Below, piece after piece: positions 1 to 12,900 of a DNA stretch of 64,000 bases (position 1 is its first letter; each line of letters begins with the position of its first letter). The notes below the pieces were generated by a model. It had not been told where the DNA came from and did not search any database. It was given only the letters and a program-made list of their open reading frames with translations. Position numbers and translations under genes: made by a program. The stretch spans positions 3,410,001-3,474,000 of the forward strand of contig OX597823.1 in assembly GCA_951406725.2 (NCBI GenBank), read 5' to 3'. This DNA comes from Octopus vulgaris. Taxonomy: Eukaryota.

Positions 1-666
1 TTGTTATAAATGTCTTTTTAAAAAAAAATATATTTATAGGCATAATATAATGTCTAAAAGTTGATGACTACCACCTCTTGATCCCCTCCACTTTCTTATT
101 GCTGTATAAATTAAGGGTAAAATAACTCTTTACCCCCACCCATTTATTACACTCGGTAATATAATTGCCATGCAATGAAAAAACACTTGTGTATTAATAA
201 TTAGGTGTTCTACCAGCAGCAATATTGGATAGATATTATCCCTCAGTTGGTTGGATTCACAACCTCTAACTCATGGATATATATATATATTTGTGTAGGC
301 GTGTGTGTGTGTTCTAATGTGTATGAGTATATCTTTACACATTTACTTTTTAATCTGCCTGTGTTGTCCAATTCCTAAAATGTCTGTGTGTCATCATGTT
401 TTATTTTACGTCTGTTTTTCTATGCTGGTATGGGTTAGATGAATATAATATCGAGTGGTATTGTTTTATGGCCACATACCCTGCTTCCTGATTTTCAGGA
501 ATTGCATCTTTTTTTCAAGTAAGGTATCTTTTATTCTACACTGCTTTAAAAGGGGCTGGTGACTAAATTACAAATTGTTACTAAATGTTTAAAGTTTAGT
601 TTTAGGTTATTTGGTATTAATATTCCAGGGAGCATTTTATTTCATGAATACTATTTATTTTATCAG

Positions 667-753
667 GTGATATTGGCAAAGGAGTTGGCCATGTGTTATT
701 CTAGCATTGCTCTGGTCACTGACTACGACAGTTGGAGAGAGAACGAAGATGGT
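667..753 (+). CDS. MTAP: S-methyl-5'-thioadenosine phosphorylase, internal coding exon (third from last)
   Basis: tttatcag|GTG...GGT|gtaagt, 87 nt, phase 0. Reads VILAKELAMCYSSIALVTDYDSWRENEDG, matching the MTAP TDYD motif region (human [29 protein letters not shown]). Confidence 0.95.
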
Positions 754-874
754 GTAAGTATTGAGAGCTTCGTTTAGCTTATCTGTTTGTTTGTTTTTTG
801 TTTACTCATTTGTTTATCATTGCATCCCCCTCTCCCACCTCTAACCATCTATCACTCTACTTTTACATTACTTT

Positions 875-1150
875 TACAATGTCACCTTACTGGCACCTGT
901 GCTGGGGGCATGTGTAAAAGATTCAAGCGAGGTCGTTGCCAGTACCACCTGACTGGCCCCATGCCGGTGGCACGTAAAAAGCACCCACTGCACTCTCAGA
1001 GTGGTTGGCGTTAGGAAGGGCATCCAGCTGTAGAAACTCTGACAGATCAAGATTGGGGCCTGGTGCAGCCATCTGGTTCGCCAGCCCTCAGTCAAAATCG
1101 TCCAACCCATGCTAGCATGGAAAGCAGACGTTAAACGATGATGATGATGA
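875..1150 (+). repeat. SINE-like family A, (GAT)n-tailed; representative copy
   Basis: Core GAGTGGTTGGCGTTAGGAAGGGCATCCAGCTGTAGAAA ... CCAACCCATGCTAGCATGGAAAGC.GACGTTAAACGATGATGATG. Other copies at ~6.2, 15.7, 23.3, 31.3, 32.4, 36.6, 43.1, 44.2, 48.9, 49.1, 52.9, 57.2 and 63.7 kb. Confidence 0.9.
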
Positions 1151-2492
1151 TTGCCATGAACCTACCTACTCACCCATTCTTTCAAATTCTCTGCCCCTAT
1201 CTCCTTGTACTGTGAGGGTAAGCCCTGGCACCTCATCACCCACCCCCCTTATCTCCCTTTCCCACTCACCCTTCTATATTATGGATTAGCCACTGTGAAG
1301 GCACATGGCTTAATAGGATATTCAGCTCAAGATCGTAAGGTTGTGAGATTGATTCTCGTCAGCGTGTTGCGTCCTTGAGCAAGACACTCTATTTCACATT
1401 GCTCCAGTCCACTCACCTGGCAAAAATGAGTTGTACCTGTATTTCAAAGGGCCAGCCTTGTCACACTCTGTGCCGTGTTGAATCTCCCCAAGAACTACAT
1501 TAAGGCTACATGTGTCTGTGCAGTGCTCAGCCACATGCATGTTAATTCCACAAGCAGGCTGTTTCCATTGATCAGATTAATTGGAATACTTGTCATTAGC
1601 CACTGCCTCGTTAGAGGTGAAAACACTACAAATTAACCCGGAAATGCTGGATGCAAGTCAACAGTTTATTCAGGAGGAGGGGACAGCGTTGAAGGTGTCC
1701 CCTCCCGAAAAAAGTGTAGAACTGAAAAGAAAAAGAACCGGGGTCTACAGGATGCAAGCGACCACATCGCGGAGGATAGAAGTGGCCTCTGAGAGAGACA
1801 TAGAGTGCTGCTTGCTGCCGGTAATGGCAGAGGCAACCTTCATTCACAGAGGAAAGAAATTTAACCCTTATATTTGTACAGCAGCATGCCTGCCCCTTCG
1901 ATCATACTTTAGCCTCTCAAAACCCAACTCAAAGTCACCATCTTCTCCATTACTCTCCCACCAACACTGAATTGAGGTGTCTTTTTCTTTCTTTTGTGTG
2001 AAAAGAGTACCAAATGCACACTGATTGTCATTACGAAGGACATCCAGTTGTTGAAGTCCTGCCAAAGCAAATATTGGAGCTCAACATTGTCCTCTGGCTC
2101 ATCAGATATTCTGTCGAACTGGCCAACCCATGCCAGCATGGAAGGAGGACATTAAATCAAGAGGCTGGTGAGAACTGAGTCCTGTAGGATTTACTGGGTG
2201 TACCACAGCTTTGGCATTCTTTTTTTGGTTGAATACTCTTCCTAACATCAACCACTTTACACTGTGTTCAGGGCACTTTCCCTTGTGCCATTGGCCCTAG
2301 TGAGTTCGCCAAATAACAAAGGGAAAAACTCCTTCAATTAAGTGTGGAAAGGTGGCTTTATGCCAAGGTGTTTAGGGCAAAACCTGTTATATTTTTGATA
2401 GATTATTGTTAGGGGCAGGGTGTTTCTATTTTGCTGTTGAAAAAAATTAAGGACATTCTTGAAAAGTTTTTTCTTTTGATATTAATATTTAG

Positions 2493-2615
2493 GTTTCAGT
2501 TGATGCTGTTCTGAAGACTTTCAAAGAAAATGCTGTAAAAGCTGAAAACATCCTCAAATCTGTCATCCCAGAGATTGCCAAACATAATTGGACAGATGAA
2601 TTGCAACACAATAAG
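2493..2615 (+). CDS. MTAP: MTAP penultimate coding exon
   Basis: tttag|GTT...AAG|gtagga, 123 nt, in frame with the previous exon. Reads VSVDAVLKTFKENAVKAENILKSVIPEIAKHNWTDELQHNK (human VSVDRVLKTLKENANKAK...W). Confidence 0.95.
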
Positions 2616-3930
2616 GTAGGAACAACCAGATCATTCTCTTTCCTCTCTCTCTGCATCTATGTAAATGTTTTAATTAGCAGAAGTGACTGACTCTTTAATG
2701 AGGTTAACCAAATCAGTTGAAATCCTGAAGTAAATGTGTAATTAGACAAACCACCAGGTACTTTTCCCATGGGTCTACCCAGATACCTAACATTTCCACC
2801 TCTAATAATCATCACCATTTTAGCATCCATGTTTCCATGAGTTCAGTGAATTTGTCAAACTGTCTGTCACCACACATTCGGATCCTTCAACATCTCATCT
2901 TTAAGCCTTGATATTCTGAGATCCAATCACACCAGTTCTTTTCATTCTTCTCTTTCATCTTCTTCCACACCCATTCTTATTCGCATCACATCTTTATACC
3001 AATGCACTCATCTCCTGAATTTAACAACACCTCTTTCAACTCACTTTTATTCGAATCATGTCTTCCTTATTGGCCCTCCTGTCCCTGCAGATCCTCCACA
3101 TTTATTACACCAACCATTAGGTTTTTTTAATAAGCTCTTGGCACAGCCTGATGTTTCTACAAACAAAGAAATCGTTTTTCGTTTCTAACAAATAAAACAG
3201 CTTTCTGAACCATTTCCATTCTTTGTTTATTTCGGAAACTAAGTTTTTAATCCCCGCCCCCCACTTCCAGTTCTTCTTAGATCCCCCAGGCTAACACAAA
3301 ACTACATCAAGTAAAATGCCTGAACACTTACTGGATAACTTCCTTTGTTAGGTACTCACCATCACCATCACCATCCCTTAACATCCATTTTAAATGCTGT
3401 CCTGGGTTGGACATTTTTGACAAGATCCAATGGACCCAAGGACCGCATCCTGCTCCACTGTCTGCTTTGGCATTGTTTCTATGGCCAGATACCATTCCCA
3501 GTGCCAACCACTTTACTCCTTCACACATGATCCTGAAGTCCTGGTTCTCTTGTATTATTCTCCCAGAGATTCCACAGCAACATTTTGTATCTGTTCCTTG
3601 TTCACACTCAGAACACAGTACCAAATTCTTACCTTTTTCCTTAACAGCCAATGTTTTGGAATCTCTCTTTCTAATTCCTCTCTTGATTTTTATGTCAGAT
3701 TATTCTTTGGTCTTAGTTCTCCTCTTCTCTTACTCGCTCTCTTTCTTTCTCATTATTCTATTGTAAATATATTCTTGCAACTCTTCAACAGATTCTGCCT
3801 TAAGAACCATATGTAGCTGTGTTGTTTAGAAGTTTGTCTCCCAACCCCTTGGTTTCAGGTTCAGTCCCACTCCATGACAACTTTGATCTTCTACCAAAGC
3901 CTTGTGAATAAATCTGGCTGATGGAAAATA

Positions 3931-4304
3931 CAGTGATACCTTGCAGTACGAGTTTAATTCATTCCAGGACCGAACTCATCTTACGATTCACTCGTTTTAC
4001 AAATCCATTTTTCCTATTGAAACAAACTGATTAATCCATTCCAACCCACCAAAACCTCTCAAAAATAATTTTTTTATGGGTTTTAAAACAGAAAAGGTGT
4101 AGTTTCAAGTAGAATGACAATTATGAAAAAAGAGAATGCAAAAGAAATATGTAAACTGGTTTTATTAACTGAATTGCCTGAAAGATGGGACGATTTGTGT
4201 GCTCGTACTGCGGATTTCCACTTCAAGACAAAAATTTGCACGAGTCTCAGCTCGTGGGGCAAATCACGTGTCCAGTGGGGCCCTCGTACAGTGAGGTTCT
4301 ACTG
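3931..4304. mobile_element. Tigger/pogo-like MITE
   Basis: TA-CAGTGATACCTTGCAGTACGAG at the left versus reverse complement of the right end CAGTAGAACCTCACTGTACGAG (16/22 identical). Confidence 0.7.
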
Positions 4305-5072
4305 TGTGTATAGAATTTGGAATTTGGAAAATATTATTATTACAATAGATTGGCAGAATCGTTAGGATGCTGGGCAAAATGCTTAGCAGCATTTCTTCCA
4401 GCTCTGAGCTCAAAGGCCACCGAGGTTGACTTTGCCCTTCGTCTTTTTAGGGGTCAATAAAATAAAGTACCAGTTGAGCTCTGGAGTTGAAGTATTCGAC
4501 TAACACCCCCCCCCGCTACTAAGAGGCCGTGTGCCTTCAGTAGAAAGGGGCTGTTGCCAAATCAGACTGGAGTCCGGTGTAAATCACCACCACCACCACC
4601 CTGCAAGCTTACCAGTCCTGGTCAAATCGTCCAACCCATGGACAATGGACGTTAAATGATGATGATTGTTTGCTTCAATAGGATGGTGTTTTGGCAGAAT
4701 CATTAAAGCACTGGAAGGAATGATTCATTGTATTTCTTCTGAGTTCAAATCCTGTTCAGGTCAACTTTCCCTTTCATCCTTCTGGGGTTGATAAAGCAAA
4801 ATACCACTCAAGTACTGAAGTCAACAAAGTCTCTCATCCGGAAATTGCTGGCCTTGTGCCTTACTAGAAACTGTAGTGGCTGTTGTAGATTGAAGGTATC
4901 ACACGGTACCCAATATTGTGATGTTGTAGATTGAAGAGATTGTGTGTGCCAGGGGTTTGTACTGCCTGTCGAGTCACAACAAGGACTTCAAACACAGTAC
5001 TTTATGCAGTATGGCCAATTTTCAAAATACACCAAATACACGTGTCGGGGGTCATAGAACCTGCTGGAAATA

Positions 5073-5257
5073 TGATTGTTAGTTGTCGGAGCACTGCATC
5101 CTTCAAAACTTGCATGTATCTGACTCATACACTGTTCGCTTTCCAGACATTTGTACATTGCTGCATATACTTTATACACACTTTTGACAAGTTGTGGTGC
5201 ACCTGAACACTGTATACAATGATTTCATCATTATTATTATTATTATTATTATTATTA
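5073..5257 (+). mobile_element. Probable CR1/L2-type LINE 3' fragment with (ATT)n tail
   Basis: IVSCRSTASFKT resembles a CR1-type ORF2 end; (ATT)n tail. The segment is absent from the duplicated flanking sequence at 7206-7349. Confidence 0.5.
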
Positions 5258-8200
5258 ACCAAGGGAGATAACGGAGTTTTAAATAGTTAAAAGCCCTCAG
5301 GTTAGCTTGTCTCCGTTTCACCACTCTGCTTATTTTTGTCTTCCAAGCTTTATATATTTCTGGGGCCAGTCAGGTATTAATTTTATTTCCCTTTTGTACA
5401 TAGGTTGGGAGACATTATTATGAAAAATTACAAAATAGCTTGTGGTCAGTGCACCCCTCCCCCCGCCACCATTTCTCTGTTTCAATGTCCACTTTCCCAC
5501 GCTTGCAGGAGTTGGACAAAACTCGAGGCAGATTTTTCTTTGACCTGATGCTCTTCCTGCCACCAACCCTTACCTGTTCCCAAGCAAAGTAATGTTTCCC
5601 CAAAACCAGACATGTTCTCACAGAATACTGGAAATGAATGACACTGCTTGTATAACAGTGGCACTCATTTACAGCTATCACACAATATCGAACCAAGGAC
5701 ACACGCACAGATGAAGGCCTTTCAGTTTCCTTCTATCAAATCCACTCACAAGTTTTTGGTCAGCCCAGGTAGAAGACACTTACCCAAGGTGCTACGCAGT
5801 GGGATTGAACCTGTAATCACATTGTTTGGAAGCAAACTTCTTACCTTCACAGCCATCATGCCTGCGTGGAAATTTGTTTGTGAGTAAAAGTTGTTTTCCT
5901 TTGTAGAGTCTGTGCAAAGCCATGTTGGTAATCATTATACAAATTTCCTCAGAAAAATCAAATTTCATCTCAAAACCTTTATCTGCATACAACTTCTTAA
6001 GAGTTCATCTTTCCTTCTTCCAGAGTCAATAAAGTACCAGTCATGTACTGGGCTCGGTTTCATCAATTACTCCTCCCCCCCTCCTTTGTGCTGCTTTTAC
6101 ATCTAAAGCTGTCGTTGGATAAAATGCTTAGCAGCATTTCTTCTGGCGCTCTGGATTCTGAGTTCAAATTCTCCTGAGGTTCACTTTACCTTTCATCATC
6201 ATCATTGTTTAACGTTCGCTTTCCATGCTGGCATGGGTTGGATGGTTTGACTGAGGACTTGCACACCAGGCTCCAATCTGATCTGGCAAGGTTTCTACAG
6301 CTGGATGCCCTTCATAACGCCAACCACTCCAAGAGTATAGTGGGTGCTTTTTACATGCCACTGGCACGGGCCGGTCAGGCAGCATTGACCTCAAATGGTG
6401 CTTTTTACATGCCATTGGCACAGGGACCAGTCAGTTAGCACTGGCACTGACCACGCTTGAATGGTACTTTTTATGTGCCACCGGCACAAGGGCCAGTCAG
6501 GCAGCATTGGCATTGACCTTACTCGAATGGTGCTTTTTACATGCAGGTCAATAAAATAAGTACCAGTTGAACCCTGGAGTCAGTGAAATCAATTAGCCCC
6601 CAACCCATATTATTATTATTATAAACCTTTTTCTCTTCTGGTATGAACTTGGTTTGATCCACAACAGAATCTTTCAGCATTGCTTCATCAACATGCGTCC
6701 AGTGCTAACTCACCAAAAACACAATAATATCCATTTATATTCTTACATGTTTAGACAAGTATTTCTTTACTTTTCGCTTTAACCCAAGAGCTGTGGATAT
6801 TTTACCTGACAAGCTTGTAACTAGATTTTCTAAATTGTATTCAACTCGTATCACCTGTCTTTAAATGTCTTTACTCAGCTAAATCTAGTCATACAATTTA
6901 CTCTGGCCTTCAGGGCATTTTTTAAGACGATTCCTTTATTTAAAATGACATTTTTGACAGTCAAAGCAGCTGCTGTTGCCTTTGTTTGGACTTCTCTATA
7001 TTTCCGTTTGCCTTTTGTAACTCTTACTCACCAATCTGTCAGTTTCTCCTCAAGAAACTGACCCTTACACAGATGTAAATTGACGAATATATAATCTAAA
7101 CATGTGGTTTCCTTTCTTCTCATTCTTAACACTGAGAGCAGACAGTTTAACTCTAAAAATCCAAGCCTGCTCCTCCTCCTCCTCCTCATCTGTGATGCCA
7201 TCTCGTAGAACCTGCTGGAAATAGGATCGACCAAGGGAGATAACCGAGTTTTAAATAGTTAAAAGATAAGCCGTCAGGTCAGCTTGTCTCCGTTTCACCA
7301 CTCTGTTTATTTTTCATATTCAACGTTGCTCTCTTGTCTTCCAAGCTTTTGCATTGGTACAAGTCTACAGCCTCCTACCGTTTACAACCAATCAATCACA
7401 CACCCCCTCCTCTCTATTGATATTTTATAGTCAGCAGTTATTTCGGATGCTGATGGTGATTCATGTTCAATGCAGTTGTCTTGGAACAACAAGATATGTC
7501 TTCTTGAAAATCAAATAAAAATATATTTCGTTAGTGTTTATATGTATATTGGAAATAGCTGTGCTTAAAATCGATCACTGACATCTTCCCTTCAATGACT
7601 CGTTTCTAGTTTTTCATTTTTAACTTTTTTTTTGTTTCGTTTTCATTTTGTTTTTATTTTCTAACCTTTTGCATAAACTCTACATTTTAACAGCAGAAAT
7701 TTCTTGTTGCAGTCTGTTGCATGTCATTTTTACTATTCTTTATGCTTTTGCTGTTATATTCCTTTCAAATATGCTACCTTTGTTTTGTTTGATTTTGTAA
7801 ATAATGAAGAATTTAGTAAAAAAAAATAAAACTTCCTTATTTTTGAAACCTAAATTAACCTGAAAGTTTGATGGCAGGTTTTAATTTCTATCATTTTAAC
7901 CCTTTTGTTACCATAAAACACCTGTTCCTGTCCTCTGTCATACTTGAACCTCTCATCGCTTGGCTTGCAGCCACCTGCCTCAATGCTACGTCCACTGCAG
8001 TTGAAGGAGTCTTGTGAGTCACTCAGCAACCGCACTGGTATTGGCACCACATAAAAAGCACCCAGTTACATTCTGTAAAATGGTTGGAATTATGATGGGT
8101 ATCCAGTTGTAGAAATTATGCCAAAGCAGACATTGCAACCTGGTGCTGTCCCCCATTTCACCAGCTCTTGTGGAATTGTCCAACCCATACCAGCATGGAA

Positions 8201-8534
8201 AATGGATGTTCAATGGTGATGGTTTCTGTTGAAATACACTGCATTTGTTTCAGTTTTTAAAATAATGAAGAATTTATTAAAATAATTTTGTCATTATTCA
8301 GCTGATGTTTGGAATATAAATTAGCACAAAATTTTAATGGAAAGTCTTTTGTTTTTTTTTAAATCACTTTAAAACAGGAAGTTGGTATCATAGAAACAGG
8401 AGCAGGCTTGGGTGGTAACAAGAGGGTTAACCAAAGCCCTTAAAAGTCACAGTTACCATTAAATGACTGCTGCCTTTGTCAACAATCATCTCTGAGACTC
8501 TTTTATAACCTTGTTTTTTTGTTTTCTGTTGTAG

Positions 8535-8570
8535 GAGGTCCTGACTGGTTCCATTCTTTCTTACACCTGA
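8535..8570 (+). CDS. MTAP: MTAP probable terminal coding exon (EVLTGSILSYT*)
   Basis: Strong polypyrimidine tract plus tag at 8510-8534, phase 0, 11 aa then TGA. Length is similar to the short human last exon. Followed by repeat-free AT-rich sequence with AATAAA signals. Confidence 0.75.
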   Translation, partial: EVLTGSILSYT

Positions 8571-8954
8571 ACAAATGCTGCTTGTGTAATTCTAAGTTTG
8601 AAAGCAAATTCTTTCCTCATTTGCAAAGTAATCACTCCAACATTACTCTTTTTTTTTTTTAAGTCTTGAATCAAAAAGTGCAATCTCACGGTTGCACTCT
8701 GTTTCTTATCAAATCCTTTGTGCAACATCTTATTTACAATTTCAAATGCCTTTTACAGCATTAACTCTCGTAATTTCTCTCCCCCTCAATGCTGGGCCCA
8801 CACTCTACTGTAAGAACCATAACAATTGGAGAAACAAAAGGTTTTATATTCAAAATACCATTTCTTACTGAAGTTCTAGTCCTTTTTTTTTTCCTCCACT
8901 TTGTAAAATATTAAGATTTTACTCAAAGAAAAAATACATTTTTTTTTTTTTTTT

Positions 8955-9083
8955 AATAAATTTTTGATAGTCTGAAAGCATAAAGGTAAAAAATATTTCC
9001 TGTTCATTTCAAACTTCCAATGCAAATGTTATCCAATTATTGTTAATTATATAAGCTAAGATTTCATTTTTATTTCCAATAAA
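8955..9083 (+). terminator. Candidate MTAP polyadenylation signals (AATAAA at 8955-8960 and 9078-9083)
   Basis: Two AATAAA hexamers 385-510 nt after the stop; the second is followed by a T/GT-rich stretch. Confidence 0.5.
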
Positions 9084-9807
9084 AGAGCTGAATGCTTTTT
9101 TTCTAGTATATTCTTTGTTGTTTATTTCTTCCATTAGACATTTCTGTCTTGTCGTTAATTAGTTCCTTAAGTCCTCCCCCCTCGACAGTAAAATAATGTT
9201 GAGGCAAAGGGGGAGGGGGGGGGCAACCATAGCAAACTTTATAATACATTTTACTGTATTAGTCTCTTGCTATCTGATCATACTGGGTCTCCACTTTGAA
9301 GAATTTCAGGCGAATAAATCAACTCCAGAATTTTTTGAAGCCTGGAACATATTCGATTAAGGGCCAGGCTTTTGCTGATGGTGGAGGACAGACACACACG
9401 CATGTATGTATGTGTGTGTATACACAATGGGCTTCTTTTAGTATCCGTCTACCAAATCCACTCAAGGCTTTTGTCGGCCCAAGGTGCTATGCAGTGGGAC
9501 TGAACCTAGACTCCTGTGGTTGGGAAGCAAACTTCTTACCACACAGCCATGCCTATGCTTTCTTTTTACATTTACCAACGCTAGAGATGTTTTGCAGCCA
9601 GATGCCCTTATCTATTTTACAAGTAAGGACTTTCTTATTTCATGTGTCTTAGAAGGCATAGACACATACAAACATTATATGATCATCACTAAGGGAGCCG
9701 ACACACCTACATTGCTAGATATAAGAGTTAAAATACCCTTAATGCCATAAGAAGATTGCAGGCATACATGCTGACAGGAGAAACTGTAGGTGCTTCAGCA
9801 TCCTCAG

Positions 9808-9870
9808 CCTCAACTCGTGAAAGACCTCCCAGTGGTGTTGGGCGTGCCAATTGGCCACAAACAGTTCTCA
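9808..9870 (+). ncRNA. Candidate HDV-like (Pr77-type) ribozyme at the LINE 5' terminus
   Basis: Starts exactly after the TSD. P1 CCTCAAC/GTTGGGC, P3 ACC/GGT around the 7-nt loop TCCCAGT, P4 hairpin GTGCC-AATT-GGCCAC, then CAAA. P2 is imperfect. Confidence 0.5.
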
Positions 9871-9942
9871 ACCAACAACTGCCGGTGATGGCTCCAGCCC
9901 CCCAGGGTCAAGTTTTCAGGAGCTGCCTACCCAACTTCGCTG

Positions 9943-9999
9943 TTCCTCCACCATCTGCGCATCCTAAGATCGGGAGATATTGAAACCAACCCTGGCCCT
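9943..9999 (+). other. 2A-like (StopGo) peptide at the N-terminus of the LINE ORF
   Basis: Frame reads FLHHLRILRSGDIETNPGP, an exact D-[VI]-E-x-N-P-G-P motif, directly before PHD finger 1. Confidence 0.85.
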
Positions 10000-12900
10000 T
10001 AATATCCTTGTTGGGGGTGCAAGAAGGCAGCGAGTAGAGGGAGATTGCACTGTAAGGAGTGCGGCAAATCGTTTCACCGAAAGTGCTGCCAACTATCGAG
10101 GGTGACTATTGACCGAATGAAGCAAGATGGAGAATTTGTATGTTGCCACTTGCACACAGACGGAAGAAAGAAGACCCCTTTGTGCCCGGTGTAAGAGGTT
10201 GATATCAGACTGGCACATGCCAAAGCAGAATGTCAACAGTGCCAAGAGAAGTCACATTTAGAATGTACAGAACTCAATCGACAGGAAAGGGAAGAATTGA
10301 AGGCAGGAAGGAGAATATGGAAGTGTCTTCGATGCTGCACCTCCACAGAAGAGCCAAAAAGTGAAGTAAAGGTCGTGGACAAGAGATGTCAGCATTGCAA
10401 AAGAAGGGTGCTGAACCAATCGATTGTCTGCGAAGAGTGTCGGAAACATTTTCATTTGAGCTGTGCAAAGCGTGAAGGAAGGCAGACATTCCAGTCGGCA
10501 GAATGGAAGTGCAGAGAGTGCCAAAGACAGAATGCAGATGTGAAAGTGGCCAAAGGCGACAGTGAGGAAAAACCAAAGAAAGACTTTAAGACGGTAACGT
10601 GTAAGGTATGTAAAGAAGAAGTAAGATTGGGAGCAACCGGATTAATATGTATGAATTGCCAGGGTCATCATCACATAAAGTGTGTTACAAATACAAGACT
10701 ACAAGCTGAACGCACCAAGGCCAATAAAGAATGGAAATGCAGAGAAACTGATCCCCAAACATCCTCACCAAGTAATGCCAATGTCACTGTCATTATTACT
10801 GGTGAAACAGCAGGTACCATCCAACCGTACAATGGAACGCAAATGGTATAATGCGAGAGGTTAACCTGGAAGAGTGGAATGTCGACATTGCCTGCATACA
10901 AGAAACTAAGCTGGTACCAACTGACACCCTCCCCAGATTGAGAAAGTACATAGAAGTACGTCAAGATAGAGAAAGGGGAGGGGGTCTGTTCACTTTTATC
11001 AAAAAACAGCTCCCCTATGCAGTCACGTCGAAGAAGGTTAATGTCGCCGGTCTTGAAGAACTTCATGTGAAGGTCCCGATACCAAATGATGAGAATGTTA
11101 CAGTATCAACTCTTTACCTCCCCCCCACCTTCATCGCCTCCTATACAAAGAGGATGAAATCCCAATTCCAATCGAGCTGATATCAACGCTTATGGTCCGC
11201 CGTGGGACAACCATGCTCACACCGATGAACGAGGGTCGCCTGCTGGCAGAGAGAGTGATGGACGAGAACGGGGCTTTTCTAAATGATGGCACACCAACAA
11301 GGCAAGACCCAGCAATGGGCAGTTTTTCATCGCCTGATATAACCATTGTTCACGAAGCCCAGGTAGAGATGTGTGCATGGGAGACATTGAACCATCTTAT
11401 CATCGGACCATAAACCTATAATTATAACAATCGGGTTCCCCACTGCGTTGAATGAAGGAACAAAAACGACTTGTTTGGGGATTGGAAGACAGGAAATGTT
11501 GAGGCATTTAAGATTGATACAGATGAGGTGTTCAAAGACTGTCCTGCGGAAAGACCAAGCAAATTTAGTGACGAGGTGAGGCTGTTTAATGAACGCATCT
11601 TAAAATCAGCGAGGAAAACGATTGGCTTGAAGGCAGTTGGGATGTCAAATGAGTGCTGGAGAACGCGGGAAATTGCCAAAGCAGAAAAAGAAAGGGATGC
11701 CATCCGCGAAAGAGTGGGGATTCACACGGACGAGTTACAGGAGCAAGATGAGAAATTGAAAGGGTTGATCAAAGAAAGAAAGATGGAGATTTGGCAAAGG
11801 AAGGTAACATCTATGAAAGGAACAACACAAATGTGGAGAGTTCTGCACAGTCTGACCAACCCACGTAGAGAAGACCCAGCACGAATAATCACAGAGGGAG
11901 ACAAAAAGTATGTTACTCATCTTGAGAAGGCGAATGGTTTTGCGAGGAACTACCAGTCTGCAAGTTCCCTCAAGATTGCCAAAGAAGACAGAGGCATGAA
12001 AGGTGTAACAAATGGTTTTCCCCGTAAGCACCAAGATGACTCCAAAATAAGCAAAGAGTTCACTAAAAGCGAGGTCGCAGCTGCAATCAATAGTCTGAAT
12101 CCTTCCAAAGCAGCGGGTCCAGATTATATCCACCCACGCCTTCTGCACCACATTGGGAGCAATGCCCTAAAAGCTCTAACAGACATCTACAACAAGTCCT
12201 GGGCCTCACTCCAAGTCCCGCAGGAATGGCGCAATGCAGACATATGGCCTATGCTCAAACTGGGGAAAAACCCGAACCAATTTTCCAGTTATAGGCCGAT
12301 CTCGCTTACTTCAGTGGTGGGCAAGATGAGTGTCTCATGTGCAATAGATTGTGGTACATCATAGAAAGTAACAGGCTCTTAACCGAAGATCAAGCAGGTT
12401 TTGGGCCGAGAAGGAGGACCGAAGATCAACTCCTCAGATTGTCCCAGACGATTAATGATGGCTTCCAACAGAAACCAGTAGCAAGAATGGTGATGGGGTT
12501 TGGTGGGATGCTTTAATCAATAAGATGGCAAAGAAGGGAATTCGAATACATATCATCAGATGGACCCACGCGTGGCTGGCAAACAGAATGAACTGGGTTT
12601 CGTGTGAGGGCAAGCAAAGCAAAAAGCTGGTATTCAAGCAAGGTGTACCTCAGGGTTCGGTGCTTTCTCCACTACTTTTCCTGCTCTACATTGATGACTT
12701 GGCTGATGAAATGCAAGACCTTAACATAAGCATTTTTGCTGATGATGTGGCTTTGTGGAAACAGCACCCAAGCTTGGCTATTGCAGAAAAGGCATTACAA
12801 GGTGGATTAAACAGATTGGCAAAGTGGAAAATGACGATTTCCGTCCCAAAGTCAGAATGTACCTTCTTCTCGACCAACTCACATGAAGCAAGCTGGAGAC

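Noticed and set aside
559-777. 72-aa ORF as a stand-alone gene
   Set aside because: Only 667-753 is MTAP coding; the rest is intron read in frame.
1581-1970. 129-aa ORF in an MTAP intron
   Set aside because: Starts in one SINE and ends in another; no recognisable domain or splice support. It may be a TE fragment.
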